DNA of 27,471 nt from an uncultured Candidatus Saccharibacteria bacterium (GTDB lineage: Bacteria; Patescibacteriota; Doudnabacteria; UBA920): contig CAZZBG010000002.1 in NCBI GenBank assembly GCA_964652865.1, positions 1 to 27,471 on the forward strand, written 5' to 3'. Below the pieces are notes generated by a model. It made no database searches and was not told the DNA's origin. It was given only the letters and a program-made list of their open reading frames with translations. The stretch's first letter is position 1. Each line of letters starts with the position of its first letter. This document shows, one piece after another, positions 6,574-15,870 of this stretch. Position numbers and translations under genes: made by a program.

Positions 6574-6608
6574 AACCCTCGATTCGCATAGAATCGAGGG
6601 TTTTTTTT
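6574..6608 (+). terminator. Rho-independent terminator closing the pilin array
   Basis: AACCCTCGATTC-GCATA-GAATCGAGGGTT followed by a T run. Confidence 0.9.
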
Positions 6609-6687
6609 GACTAGCTAACTTTGTGTGGAACTGATAGAATAGGCATACAGTATATGCATGTATGAGCATATATCAAAAAAAGACCAC

Positions 6688-6774
6688 GGCCGGGTGGCGA
6701 AATTGGCAGACGCACTAGCCTTAGGAGCTAGCGAGAGAAATCTCATGAGGGTTCAAGTCCCTCCTCGGCCACCA
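6688..6774 (+). tRNA. tRNA-Leu(UAG)
   Basis: Acceptor GGCCGGG/CTCGGCC, anticodon arm CTAGC-CTTAGGA-GCTAG, long variable arm, GTTCAAGTC T-loop, discriminator A and encoded CCA. Confidence 0.95.
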
Positions 6775-6857
6775 TATGTTTGTAACAAAACGTACGCTCA
6801 GTTCGTAGTATAGAGAAAGAAGAGCGCTCGTTTATTTTTAAATTAGACGTTAGTAAT

Positions 6858-8795
6858 ATGTTTAAACTTATCCGGAATATCATACTGACGGTTGTAATCT
6901 TTTTGGTTCTTATGGCTGGATTTTCTTCCTTGTCTACCGACCAAAAGACAAAGTCAGTATCCATTAGTGAAATAGTGAACTTGGTCAACGGTGGTAGGGT
7001 CGAGTCTGTGGTGGTAGATCAAGAAAGAGTAATTGCCAAAGTAAAAGAAAGTGATACAAAGCTTACTGCTAACTTAGGTCAGAACACTGAGTTCATCACT
7101 ATTTTAAAAGATAGTGGTGTGACGGCAGAAGGGATTCGGGCATTGCAAATCGATTACAAACTCCCTGGATGGGGCAGCACGTTTGTGTCGAGTATTTTGC
7201 CTATCTTGTTACCGTTCTTGCTTATCTCTTTGTTCGTCTATTTTTTGATGCGCCAAGTACAAGGGACAAACAATAGAGCGATGTCTTTTGGACAGAGCAG
7301 TGTGAAGTTGTCGGATGAAAGAAAAAATAAAGTGAGGTTTGCAGATGTCGCAGGTGCGAAAGAAGCTAAAGAAGAGCTGCGTGAAGTAGTCGACTTTTTG
7401 CGATTCCCACAAAAGTTTTTGCAACTCGGTGCAAAAATTCCAAAAGGGGTTTTGCTCTTGGGTAGTCCTGGTGTCGGTAAGACATTACTCGCTCGGGCGG
7501 TAGCTGGTGAGGCGAACGTGCCATTTTTCCATATTTCTGGAAGTGAATTCGTAGAGATGTTCGTTGGTGTTGGTGCGTCTCGTGTCCGTGATTTATTCCG
7601 CAAAGCCAAGCGCAACAGCCCATGTATTGTATTTATAGATGAAATTGATGCGGTGGGAAGACAGCGTGGAACTGGACTTGGTGGTGGGCACGATGAACGA
7701 GAGCAAACCTTAAACCAAATCTTAGTAGAAATGGATGGTTTTGAAACAGAAACAAACGTTATTGTCATTGCTGCAACCAACCGACCAGACGTACTAGATC
7801 CAGCTTTGCTTCGACCAGGGCGGTTTGATAGACAAGTAGTTTTGGACTTGCCAGATATCAAAGACCGAGAAGAGATACTAAAAGTGCACGCCCAGAACAA
7901 ACCACTCGCAGCAGATGTGAAGTTGAGAACTATTGCAGAACGAACCCCAGGGTTTTCTGGTGCTGATTTAGCAAACTTACTCAATGAAGGCGCAATTCTT
8001 GCAGCACGAGCAGGGAAGCAAGATATTTCGAACATGGATCTGCGTGAAGCGATAGAAAAAGTTATGCTTGGGCCAAAACGGGCGAGCCATATTTTGAGCA
8101 CAGCAGAAAAGAAAGTGACTGCATACCACGAAGGTGGGCATGCGTTAATTGGAGCAGTGCTGCCTGAGGCAGATCCAGTACATAAGGTAACCATTCTTTC
8201 TCGTGGAAGAGCTGCTGGCTACACCATGAAGCTGCCAAACGAAGAAAAGCACATGCAAACTAAAGCCAGCTTCCTCGATGAAATTGCAGCGCTGTTGGGG
8301 GGCTACGCAGCAGAAAAGTTAGTATTTGGAGAACTCACTACTGGTGCTTCGAACGACTTGAAAGTTGCAACGAGCATGGCACGTAAGTTGGTAACAACCT
8401 ATGGTATGAGCGAGGCAATTGGACCAGTCACGTTGACCGAGTCAAGCGAAACAGTCTTCCTTGGTAGAGATTTAGGTGAACACAAGAACTATAGCGAAGT
8501 AGTAGCAGCAGAAGTAGATGCTGAAATTAGAAGGATTATGGGCGAACAGCTCGAACGAGCCACGCAAGTGTTGACCACTCATCGAGAGTACTTAGATAAA
8601 ATTGCGCATGTATTGGTTACAGAAGAAACTATTGAACAAGAGCAGTTCCATGAGTTGGTGAAAGCAGTTATTCCACAAAGCAAGATTAAAGAAGTGGTCA
8701 TGGACCCATCTGCACCTACGGCGCATATACCAGAAACAACAGAAACGCCTGTAGAGGCAGTACCAGAGTCAGATGTTGTAAAACAGGTAGAGTAA
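6858..8795 (+). CDS. ftsH: ATP-dependent zinc metalloprotease FtsH
   Basis: Two N-terminal TMs, Walker A GSPGVGKT, Walker [32 protein letters not shown] and HEGGH zinc motif. Confidence 0.98.
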   Translation: MFKLIRNIILTVVIFLVLMAGFSSLSTDQKTKSVSISEIVNLVNGGRVESVVVDQERVIAKVKESDTKLTANLGQNTEFITILKDSGVTAEGIRALQIDYKLPGWGSTFVSSILPILLPFLLISLFVYFLMRQVQGTNNRAMSFGQSSVKLSDERKNKVRFADVAGAKEAKEELREVVDFLRFPQKFLQLGAKIPKGVLLLGSPGVGKTLLARAVAGEANVPFFHISGSEFVEMFVGVGASRVRDLFRKAKRNSPCIVFIDEIDAVGRQRGTGLGGGHDEREQTLNQILVEMDGFETETNVIVIAATNRPDVLDPALLRPGRFDRQVVLDLPDIKDREEILKVHAQNKPLAADVKLRTIAERTPGFSGADLANLLNEGAILAARAGKQDISNMDLREAIEKVMLGPKRASHILSTAEKKVTAYHEGGHALIGAVLPEADPVHKVTILSRGRAAGYTMKLPNEEKHMQTKASFLDEIAALLGGYAAEKLVFGELTTGASNDLKVATSMARKLVTTYGMSEAIGPVTLTESSETVFLGRDLGEHKNYSEVVAAEVDAEIRRIMGEQLERATQVLTTHREYLDKIAHVLVTEETIEQEQFHELVKAVIPQSKIKEVVMDPSAPTAHIPETTETPVEAVPESDVVKQVE

Positions 8796-8808
8796 ACTAC
8801 TCTCTAAT

Positions 8809-8848
8809 AAACCGTCCCACTGCACTATCGTGCGATGGGGCGGTTTTC
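8809..8848 (+). terminator. Terminator-like hairpin after ftsH
   Basis: AAACCGTCCCA...TGGGGCGGTTT stem with inner GCAC-TATC-GTGC, followed by T residues. Confidence 0.7.
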
Positions 8849-8877
8849 TGTAATTTGCTTTGTTTTGTTGGTATTTC

Positions 8878-8907
8878 TTGCACTTTCTGTGGCTCGTATG
8901 GTACGAT
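8878..8907 (+). promoter_or_regulatory. Possible promoter for tRNA-Val
   Basis: TTGCAC, 18 nt spacer, TACGAT preceded by TGG. Confidence 0.45.
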
Positions 8908-8944
8908 ATGACCACAGTATATGCTGTATTTGTACGAAATTTGC

Positions 8945-9019
8945 GGGCAGTTAGCTCAGGGGTAGAGCATCTCTTTGACGTAGAGAGGGCCATAGGTTCG
9001 ATTCCTATACTGCCCACCA
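8945..9019 (+). tRNA. tRNA-Val(GAC)
   Basis: Acceptor GGGCAGT/ACTGCCC, anticodon arm TCTCT-TTGACGT-AGAGA, GGTTCGATTCC T-arm and encoded CCA. Confidence 0.95.
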
Positions 9020-9075
9020 TAATGCTTTTGCAGCAATGGTGTTCACTAGTAATAAAATAAAACCAGCACAAGTGT

Positions 9076-9194
9076 AAATACCAAATCACAAAGAGCCAAT
9101 CCCAAATAAATTACAAATTCGAAATTCAAAAAATGCGTTTGAGTTTGGAATTTGATAATTGCGACCCGTTACTTATTTGGTGTTTGTGATTTGC
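9076..9194. repeat. Imperfect inverted element with 7-nt periodic arms (CAAAT/ATTTG family)
   Basis: Left units AAATACC AAATCAC AAAGAGC CAATCCC. CAAATCACAAA (9082-9092) pairs perfectly with TTTGTGATTTG (9183-9193). Confidence 0.8.
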
Positions 9195-9223
9195 ACGCTA
9201 CATTTTGCTGAAAGCAAGATGCT

Positions 9224-9910
9224 ATGATTACGAAAACTGCAGCAGAACAAATGCTGGGTATACAAATTTCTAACTTAGATTTGTATATTTCTGCATGTAC
9301 GCACAGGTCATATTTAAACGAGCATAGGAGTTTTCCTTTGCCCCACAATGAACGTCTCGAATTTTTGGGGGACGCTGTGTTGGAGTTGGCAGCTACTGAG
9401 CATTTATATAGAACATATCCATATTCAGAAGGTGAGCTCACCAACTTTCGTTCCGCTTTGGTGAACTATAAGATGCTCTCGGAGATCGCAAATCGTATTG
9501 GGCTTGAACAATATTTGCTCATGTCTCGGGGAGAGGCAAAAGATACCGGTCGCGCACGGCAAGTTATATTGGCCAATGCAATAGAAGCAGTCATTGGTGC
9601 AATTTATCTGGATGTTGGCTTTGCTCCTGCTACTGACTTCATTACTCGAGAAATTTTAGTCGAGCTTCCGCACATTATTCAGTCGGGCCAATACGTTGAC
9701 CCAAAGAGTAAACTGCAAGAAATCGTACAAGAACGGAAAGGCGTGACACCAACCTATGGCGTTGTCTCCGAAACAGGACCAGACCACAACAAAGTGTTTG
9801 TTGTGGCAGCATTTGTGCAGCAAGGAGAAGTAGGAAGAGGTACCGGGCCTTCGAAGCAAGAAGCAGAAATAGCCGCGGCTGAAAATGCATTAAAAAATTT
9901 AGGTATATAA
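9224..9910 (+). CDS. rnc: Ribonuclease III
   Basis: HNERLEFLGDAVLEL signature, LANAIEAVIGAIYLD and a C-terminal dsRBD (DPKSKLQE...GPSKQEAEIAAA). Confidence 0.98.
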   Translation: MITKTAAEQMLGIQISNLDLYISACTHRSYLNEHRSFPLPHNERLEFLGDAVLELAATEHLYRTYPYSEGELTNFRSALVNYKMLSEIANRIGLEQYLLMSRGEAKDTGRARQVILANAIEAVIGAIYLDVGFAPATDFITREILVELPHIIQSGQYVDPKSKLQEIVQERKGVTPTYGVVSETGPDHNKVFVVAAFVQQGEVGRGTGPSKQEAEIAAAENALKNLGI

Positions 9911-10063
9911 ATTGCTTCGGCACTGCTATACTATATGGGACAGTGTTTCGATTCTCTGAAACAAAATACAATGCGTATTGTTGAAAACTATTCTGTGTCT
10001 CTAGCACCTGCAAGTATTGCCTGCTAGTTTTTACTTCCGCATTTTGACCTTTGCATTTTTTCT

Positions 10064-12682
10064 ATGCATTTAAAACGACTAGAAATTCACGGTTTCAAAT
10101 CTTTTGCTCAGAATACCGTGCTCGAATTTGAGCCTGGTATAACTGCAATTGTAGGGCCAAATGGGAGTGGGAAGAGTAACGTATCCGATGCGGTTCGTTG
10201 GGTTTTGGGTGAGCAATCCGCCAAGCAGCTTCGTGGTAAAAAAAGCGATGATGTAGTATTTGCGGGAAGTGACAAGCGTGCTCGTGGTGGCTTTGCAGAA
10301 GTCACGGCGACTTTTGATAATGCGGACAGAAGAATCCCTATTGATTCACCAGAGGTAAGCATTGGCCGAAGAGTAGATCGAAGTGGGGAAAGTGAATATT
10401 TGATAAATGGGAGCAGGGTCCGCTTGTTGGATATTATTGATCTTGTACTTAAAAGCAATATCGGTACTTCGCGCTATACCGTTATCGGTCAAGGAACGAT
10501 TGATCAACTGATTCTTGCAGGGCCAACCGAAATTAAAAGCTTAATTGACGAAGCGAGTGGAGTTAAAACATACCACTCCAGACGAGAAAAGACGCTGAAG
10601 CGGTTGGAGCAAACCGCACAGAACTTGATGCGTGCGGAAGATGTGGTACGAGAACTAGAGCCACGTTTGAAAAGCTTGCGTCGGCAGGCAAAGCGTATGG
10701 AAGCGCGCGAAGGGCTGGAGTTAGAACTTTCGGTCCTTCAACGTGAGCGATTGGGTGGGGCATATTTCAATTTAACGCAGGAAATAGAGCAACTCTCTAC
10801 CCGTGCTGCCACATTTGTCCAACAGCGGGAAGCGGCAGAAGAGCAAATTTCACTCAGTCGTAAGCGCTTAGAAGGACTTTCTGGAGAGGCTTCGCGCGAC
10901 CTGACTGCGCTTGCAACTATTCGTCGCGATTTACTTGCTTTACAAGAACAGAAAAATCGCCTTTTTGAACAAAGGAGCATCTTACAAGGAAAGCTTGCAG
11001 GAGCCCGACTTGGTACAGCGGGGGATCCAAGAGTACTACAACTGCAAGCCTCACAAATAGAGACAAAGTTAGCTGTGTTAGATACTCAGTTGGCAGAGGC
11101 TTCTCGTGTATTTGAAGAAAGCCACTCTTTGGCTCTTTCTGCAGAAGCAGAAAAGGCTGCGGTCGAGCGGCATTTGGAAGAGTTGTACCAAATTCTATCT
11201 GCACCAGTTGCGGTAGACGAGAGTGCATACGAGCGAGTTATGGAAGAGCTTCACGGTGCGGTACATGCATTTTTAGCAACACTCGAAAATGCAACAGAGA
11301 TTGCTGAAATTCGTCATACAGTTTCTGCTTTCAAACAAACTTACTCTCAGTTACGACATGAAGCAAAAGCACTTGCTTCTGGATCTGCTCCTGTAGCAGT
11401 ACAAGAAGCTCAGGTAGAACTTAAGAAGTTGCACGCAGCAAAGTCTTCCTTGGAGCAGCAATTGTCACAACTCTCAGTCCGTCGGGCGAGCGCAGAAACG
11501 AGCAAACGGCTTATCGAAGAACAAAGGCAAACCTTGCTGCAAGAGCAGCTGGATGTTCGTTTAGAGTTGCAAAAAGCTTCTGGAGTTGCTGCTGATACAT
11601 TTGTCCATGATTTAACTGCAGAGTCGAGTGGGGTTGACCAGAAGATCGCCCAGTTGCAAAACGAAATCAGAGTGTTAGAAGAGAAAGCAGCGCAGTTAGA
11701 CGGTAACGAGTCAGAGCGCCGAAGATTTGTGACAGATGCAGAGAAGGAAATGCGTGGGGTCCAAGAGCATATTAATACGCTTCGTGACGCAGAAGGTAAA
11801 CTAGCGGTAGAAAAAGCGCGCCTCGATACGCAGCGCGATGCTGTTGTGCAAGAAATCCGACAGCTCTTTACAGAACCAGTTGCGGGTGAAGTGTTGCAGA
11901 CAAATACCGGCAGTATTGCTCCCGATATTTTTGAGCGGATTGCGAAAGTAAAACACCAGCTAGAACTGATTGGCGGGGTAGATGAAATGACCATGCAAGA
12001 ATACAGAGAGACTGAAGAACGGTTTACTCGATTGTCTGAACAGATACAAGATTTGCGACGCAGCATGGAAGATCTCAAGCAGGTCATGGATGAGCTTGAT
12101 GAACACATTAAAACTCGGTTCAACGAAGCGTTCCATAAGATTAACGAACGCTTTGAATCATATTTCAGAGTATTGTTTAACGGTGGTAGGGCTCAGCTGA
12201 CTTTGGTACGCGCAGCGGATGAATCAAAATCGGAAGATGCTACTGAAGAAGGAGACGATACCGCAAAAGAGCAACAAAGGCCAGAAGAAAAACTTGTACA
12301 AAAATATGAATCTGGCGGAAGTAATGTAGTAGGTGTTGATATGAAAGCGACGCCGCCAGGGAAGAAGCTAGCAGCTATACAAGCACTATCTGGTGGAGAG
12401 CGCGCACTGACTTCTATCGCATTACTTTGTGCTTTGCTCGCATGTTTCCCTTCCCCGTTTGTAGTGCTCGACGAAGTTGATGCTGCGCTCGACGAAGCAA
12501 ATACCATACGGTTTGGGCAGATTGTGGGAACACTGTCACATCAAACTCAATTTGTAACCATTAGCCACAATCGCGAGACCATGGCACAAAGCAAAATGCT
12601 GTATGGGGTTACTATGGGAGATGATGGCGTATCTAAGATTTTAAGCCTGAAGTTTGACCAAGCAACAGCATATGCCAAGTAA
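10064..12682 (+). CDS. smc: SMC-family chromosome segregation ATPase, short form with no recognisable hinge
   Basis: Walker A GPNGSGKSN, signature LSGGERAL, Walker B/D-loop VVLDEVDAALDEAN, H-loop ISHNRET, coiled coils and rnc-smc synteny. Confidence 0.92.
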   Translation: MHLKRLEIHGFKSFAQNTVLEFEPGITAIVGPNGSGKSNVSDAVRWVLGEQSAKQLRGKKSDDVVFAGSDKRARGGFAEVTATFDNADRRIPIDSPEVSIGRRVDRSGESEYLINGSRVRLLDIIDLVLKSNIGTSRYTVIGQGTIDQLILAGPTEIKSLIDEASGVKTYHSRREKTLKRLEQTAQNLMRAEDVVRELEPRLKSLRRQAKRMEAREGLELELSVLQRERLGGAYFNLTQEIEQLSTRAATFVQQREAAEEQISLSRKRLEGLSGEASRDLTALATIRRDLLALQEQKNRLFEQRSILQGKLAGARLGTAGDPRVLQLQASQIETKLAVLDTQLAEASRVFEESHSLALSAEAEKAAVERHLEELYQILSAPVAVDESAYERVMEELHGAVHAFLATLENATEIAEIRHTVSAFKQTYSQLRHEAKALASGSAPVAVQEAQVELKKLHAAKSSLEQQLSQLSVRRASAETSKRLIEEQRQTLLQEQLDVRLELQKASGVAADTFVHDLTAESSGVDQKIAQLQNEIRVLEEKAAQLDGNESERRRFVTDAEKEMRGVQEHINTLRDAEGKLAVEKARLDTQRDAVVQEIRQLFTEPVAGEVLQTNTGSIAPDIFERIAKVKHQLELIGGVDEMTMQEYRETEERFTRLSEQIQDLRRSMEDLKQVMDELDEHIKTRFNEAFHKINERFESYFRVLFNGGRAQLTLVRAADESKSEDATEEGDDTAKEQQRPEEKLVQKYESGGSNVVGVDMKATPPGKKLAAIQALSGGERALTSIALLCALLACFPSPFVVLDEVDAALDEANTIRFGQIVGTLSHQTQFVTISHNRETMAQSKMLYGVTMGDDGVSKILSLKFDQATAYAK

Positions 12683-12803
12683 GCGTTTAAACATCAAAAC
12701 ATATAAACATGTAAGCATTTAAACACAGGATACAAGTAAAATGGGCGTAAGAGCCCATTTTTCTTTTGTTTACATGCTTCTATGGTTGTATGTTTGTATG
12801 CTT
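12681..12803. repeat. Inverted element with 8-nt periodic arms (AAACAT family) and a central terminator hairpin
   Basis: Left arm AAGCGTTT AAACATCA AAACATAT AAACATGT AAGCATTT AAACACAG. Right arm ACATGCTT CTATGGTT GTATGTTT GTATGCTT. Centre AAAATGGGC-GTAAGA-GCCCATTTTT (12738-12762). Confidence 0.8.
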
Positions 12804-12812
12804 CAGGATGGT

Positions 12813-12841
12813 TTGACGAAAGTCTCTGTATTTGGTAGACT
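12813..12841 (+). promoter_or_regulatory. sigma70 promoter for rpsP
   Basis: TTGACG, 17 nt spacer, TAGACT preceded by TGG. Confidence 0.7.
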
Positions 12842-12867
12842 AATGCTACTTATATCAAATATTTCCC

Positions 12868-13260
12868 ATGTTAACTATCCGTTTTCAGCGCACAGGTAAG
12901 CGCAATCGCCCAGAATTTCGCGTAGTAGTTGCCCCTAAAACAGCAGCAGCGCAGAAGAAGTTTACCGAGATTCTTGGTAGCTACAACCCACGTACAAAAG
13001 AATTGGTTATAAAAAACCAAGAAAGACTCGAGTACTGGTTAGGTCAACGTTTGCAAATTTCTCCAAGTGTACAAAATTTGTTTGTAACAAAGAAGTTGCT
13101 TGAAGGAGCTAAAGTAAAAGCATTCGCTTTGCCAAAGAAAGCAGCTCCTGCAGAGGCTCCGAAAGCAGAAGCCACTCCAGCAGAGGCGCCAGCTACAGAA
13201 GCTGCTGCACCAGAAGCAGAAGTTGCCTCAGAGGAACCAACTCCAGCAGTAGCTGAATAA
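12868..13260 (+). CDS. rpsP: 30S ribosomal protein S16 with A/P/E-rich tail
   Basis: MLTIRFQRTGKRNRPEFRVVV...EILGSYNP...RLEYWLGQ, and khpA/trmD/rplS lie downstream. Confidence 0.97.
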   Translation: MLTIRFQRTGKRNRPEFRVVVAPKTAAAQKKFTEILGSYNPRTKELVIKNQERLEYWLGQRLQISPSVQNLFVTKKLLEGAKVKAFALPKKAAPAEAPKAEATPAEAPATEAAAPEAEVASEEPTPAVAE

Positions 13261-13271
13261 GGTTAATTTTT

Positions 13272-13301
13272 AAAACACTCCACATGTTGGGGTGTTTTTT
13301 T
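13272..13301 (+). terminator. Rho-independent terminator after rpsP
   Basis: AAACACTCCA-CATGT-TGGGGTGTTT plus T run. Confidence 0.8.
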
Positions 13302-13392
13302 ATTGCAATATGTGGGAAATGTGCTTTAATTAAAGTACTTACGTAGTAGGTATTAAATTAGCACTGCTAGTCAGTGCGCATGAAAAATAAAT

Positions 13393-15285
13393 ATGTTTTC
13401 ACTCAAAAATAGGCTGGCTACACTTGTGGACACTCTCGGAAAAGTGTTCACCAAGTATATGCCTGTACGGTCTAAACCGTTACTCTTCGTTAGTCTTTCC
13501 GTTGTAATTTTGCTTCCACTTGGAATGCTTGTGTTTGGTGTATTATTTTTTGTTCGGCCAAGTGGTTTTGCAGTGCAGGAAATGCAAAGCATGGCAGCCT
13601 ATGATGCAGCAAATCCACTGGGTTCCGACAGGGTTAACCCCGTAAATGGAAAGTGTCCCCAAGGTTTTAAGCTTGATTTTCTGCGTCGTTGCATCCGAGT
13701 GCAACCAAATCCTACTATACGGCCAACGCCAACTCCTACTTTGCCTACGCCGCCAGCGGACCCTACACCTACAGACGCACCTATTTCTGGTTTAGAAGCG
13801 TGTGATAACGCAAAAAGGCTTGTAAATAGCGGTGTGGATGCATCGGTAGCAGTACAGGCTTGTGTAGAAGCTACTCCGGCTGGTGGGGTAGTAGCCCTTC
13901 CAGCTGGTGCGTATACTTTTCAACACCAAGTTAGAGTTACAAAGCCGCTGCATTTTAGAACAGAGCGCAGGTCTACCACTGACCCGAAGTGTGGGTTAGT
14001 GGATAGTGGGTGTGTTGAGTTTAAAGCAGACATGCAGTTTGATGGTCAGGGAGGGATTATGTTCTTTACGAGTGCCGCGAGTGGGGGTAGTATTGACCAC
14101 ATTATTATTAATGGGAATAAAGATGCGCGTTTAGCAACTGCTGTTGTTGGTCAGTGCCAAGCAGGTAATACCTACCCAGGGCATAATTTCATCAGTTTTG
14201 CAGAAAATTTTGCTGTAACAAATAGTGTGTTTAAAAATGCAATATGTGCAAGTGGTTTCGGGTATCAAGGTAGAAATCGTATAACATTACAGAAAAATAC
14301 TTTTGCGTACAACGGGTTTCATGATGTACAAATGTTGTGGGCAGATGGGGCAACGCTTATAGATCTCAAAGACTCTATTGTTTCAGAAAACGAGTTTATT
14401 GATAACACAGACATTGATTTAATTTTTGGCGGATGTGAAAACTGTGTTGTGTCAAAAAACGTTGTAACACATACCACAAACACTTCAGGAGCGGCTTTTG
14501 CTGCATTAATGTTTCATTCGTGGCCCGCTGGTGCTACTGGGGCAGGGACACCTCCGACTTCTGGGAATTATTCCGGCAGTATTATTTCAGAAAATCGTGT
14601 AGATTGTAGTGTAAAAAGAAATTGTGGTTTTGGTTTGCTTATAGGTTCGTACCCATGGTATCCAACTCCTGTTTTCGGGGGTACCTATCAAGACAATTCA
14701 ATACAGAATGTACAGCAGGGTCTGCTTATAAACGATGCACATACCCTCGCGCTCGCTCGCAACACGGTCGCAAATGCTGGTGGAGTGTTTTATTCTAGTT
14801 GTGGATTTGTTATGAGCAGTGCGTATGCTATCAGCTCTCGCTCATATAATATCAATCGTCAGCAAGAGCGAGCTACTATCGTATACGAGAACAAAGATTT
14901 TACTGGGTGTATTTTAAGTTGGTGGGCCCCTGCACCAAAAGTGGTAGATGCCGTTGAGTTTATAAACCAGTCAGTGCCAACAACAATGACACGAGGAGAG
15001 CAATATACAGTGCGGATAACCATGAAAAACACAGGTGATACTACATGGAGAGCTGCAGACAGTTATTTCTTGGGATCGCAGAATCCTGAAAATTCAGGAG
15101 TATGGGGAACGGCTCGGGTTTCGGTTGGCTCTGGTTCAGTCAGGCCTGGCCAGAGTAAAGATTTTACTTTTACAGTAACTGCGCCGACAGTGCCAGGGTT
15201 GTATGATTTTCAGTGGGGTATGGTCCGAGAAAATGTTCGATGGTTTGGAGCGTTTTCTCCGAGTAAGGTAATTGAGGTGAAGTAG
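13393..15285 (+). CDS. Membrane-anchored surface protein: right-handed beta-helix (pectate-lyase-like) plus C-terminal NBR1-Ig-like domain
   Basis: N-terminal TM, P/T linker and repeating beta-helix rungs (ISENRVD, IVSENEFIDNTDIDLIFGG). The C-terminus FINQSVPTTMTRGEQYTVRITMKNTGDTTW...FTVTAPTVPGLYDFQWGMVRENVRWFG is typical of NBR1-Ig. The start codon is uncertain. Confidence 0.8.
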   Translation: MFSLKNRLATLVDTLGKVFTKYMPVRSKPLLFVSLSVVILLPLGMLVFGVLFFVRPSGFAVQEMQSMAAYDAANPLGSDRVNPVNGKCPQGFKLDFLRRCIRVQPNPTIRPTPTPTLPTPPADPTPTDAPISGLEACDNAKRLVNSGVDASVAVQACVEATPAGGVVALPAGAYTFQHQVRVTKPLHFRTERRSTTDPKCGLVDSGCVEFKADMQFDGQGGIMFFTSAASGGSIDHIIINGNKDARLATAVVGQCQAGNTYPGHNFISFAENFAVTNSVFKNAICASGFGYQGRNRITLQKNTFAYNGFHDVQMLWADGATLIDLKDSIVSENEFIDNTDIDLIFGGCENCVVSKNVVTHTTNTSGAAFAALMFHSWPAGATGAGTPPTSGNYSGSIISENRVDCSVKRNCGFGLLIGSYPWYPTPVFGGTYQDNSIQNVQQGLLINDAHTLALARNTVANAGGVFYSSCGFVMSSAYAISSRSYNINRQQERATIVYENKDFTGCILSWWAPAPKVVDAVEFINQSVPTTMTRGEQYTVRITMKNTGDTTWRAADSYFLGSQNPENSGVWGTARVSVGSGSVRPGQSKDFTFTVTAPTVPGLYDFQWGMVRENVRWFGAFSPSKVIEVK

Positions 15286-15373
15286 TGATTTGTAGTGTGA
15301 GGTAATTACAATTTGTGTGTGTTGGTTGTGTATATAAGTATGAGAAGCTACTAATTGTCGAGCAAATTCTTAG

Positions 15374-15402
15374 TTGACATATAGGGGGCTCACTTGTAAA
15401 AT
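15374..15402 (+). promoter_or_regulatory. sigma70 promoter for khpA
   Basis: TTGACA, 17 nt spacer, TAAAAT. Confidence 0.8.
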
Positions 15403-15465
15403 TAAATCAGAGCTGGCTTTTGTAAAAGGTCGAAAGCTAGAAGTGCATAAGCAAATTTCAAAGAT

Positions 15466-15807
15466 ATGGCAGAGATTGAAGAAGATGCAGCGTTTGTAGA
15501 GTACGTGGTAAAGGCTTTGGTGGACAACCCAGCCGATGTCCGTACTGAGCGCGTTGTTGACGAGATGGGTGTGTTAATCACTCTTTTCATCAACCAAAAA
15601 GACATGGGCCAAGTTATTGGTCGTCAAGGCCAGACAGCAAAAGCAATCCGAACACTCCTCCGAGTTGTTGGTGCTAAGCATAAGGCACGCGTTAACTTGA
15701 AGATTTATGAACCGGAAGGTTCACATCGTGGTGGTATGCACCATGGTGCAGATATGTCTCCTGCAGCCCCAACCGGCGGCGATGACATGGACGAGTTCAA
15801 GTTATAA
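15466..15807 (+). CDS. khpA: KH-domain RNA-binding protein KhpA/YlqC
   Basis: FVEYVVKALVDNP...DMGQVIGRQGQTAKAIRTLL (GxxG KH motif), located in the rpsP-trmD region. Confidence 0.93.
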   Translation: MAEIEEDAAFVEYVVKALVDNPADVRTERVVDEMGVLITLFINQKDMGQVIGRQGQTAKAIRTLLRVVGAKHKARVNLKIYEPEGSHRGGMHHGADMSPAAPTGGDDMDEFKL

Positions 15808-15819
15808 CTTTTCTACTTT

Positions 15820-15851
15820 GATAGCTTCGCCGTTCTGGCGAAGCTATCTTT
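15820..15851 (+). terminator. Terminator-like hairpin between khpA and trmD
   Basis: GATAGCTTCGCC-GTTCT-GGCGAAGCTATC (12 bp) followed by TTT. Confidence 0.65.
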
Positions 15852-15870
15852 GTTATAGTAATATGGTTTT

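Noticed and set aside
7238-8194. Long antisense ORFs (318 aa within ftsH, 237 aa within smc, 199 aa within nusA, 165 aa within rny)
   Set aside because: These are frame shadows of well-supported conserved genes on the opposite strand.
13358-13380. CIRCE-like TTAGCACTG...CAGTGCGCA
   Set aside because: The spacer is 5 nt instead of 9, the right half is degenerate, and no chaperone gene is downstream.
13380-13412. Overlapping upstream mini-ORF MKNKYVFTQK
   Set aside because: Ten codons with no SD or regulatory codon run is expected by chance in AT-rich DNA.
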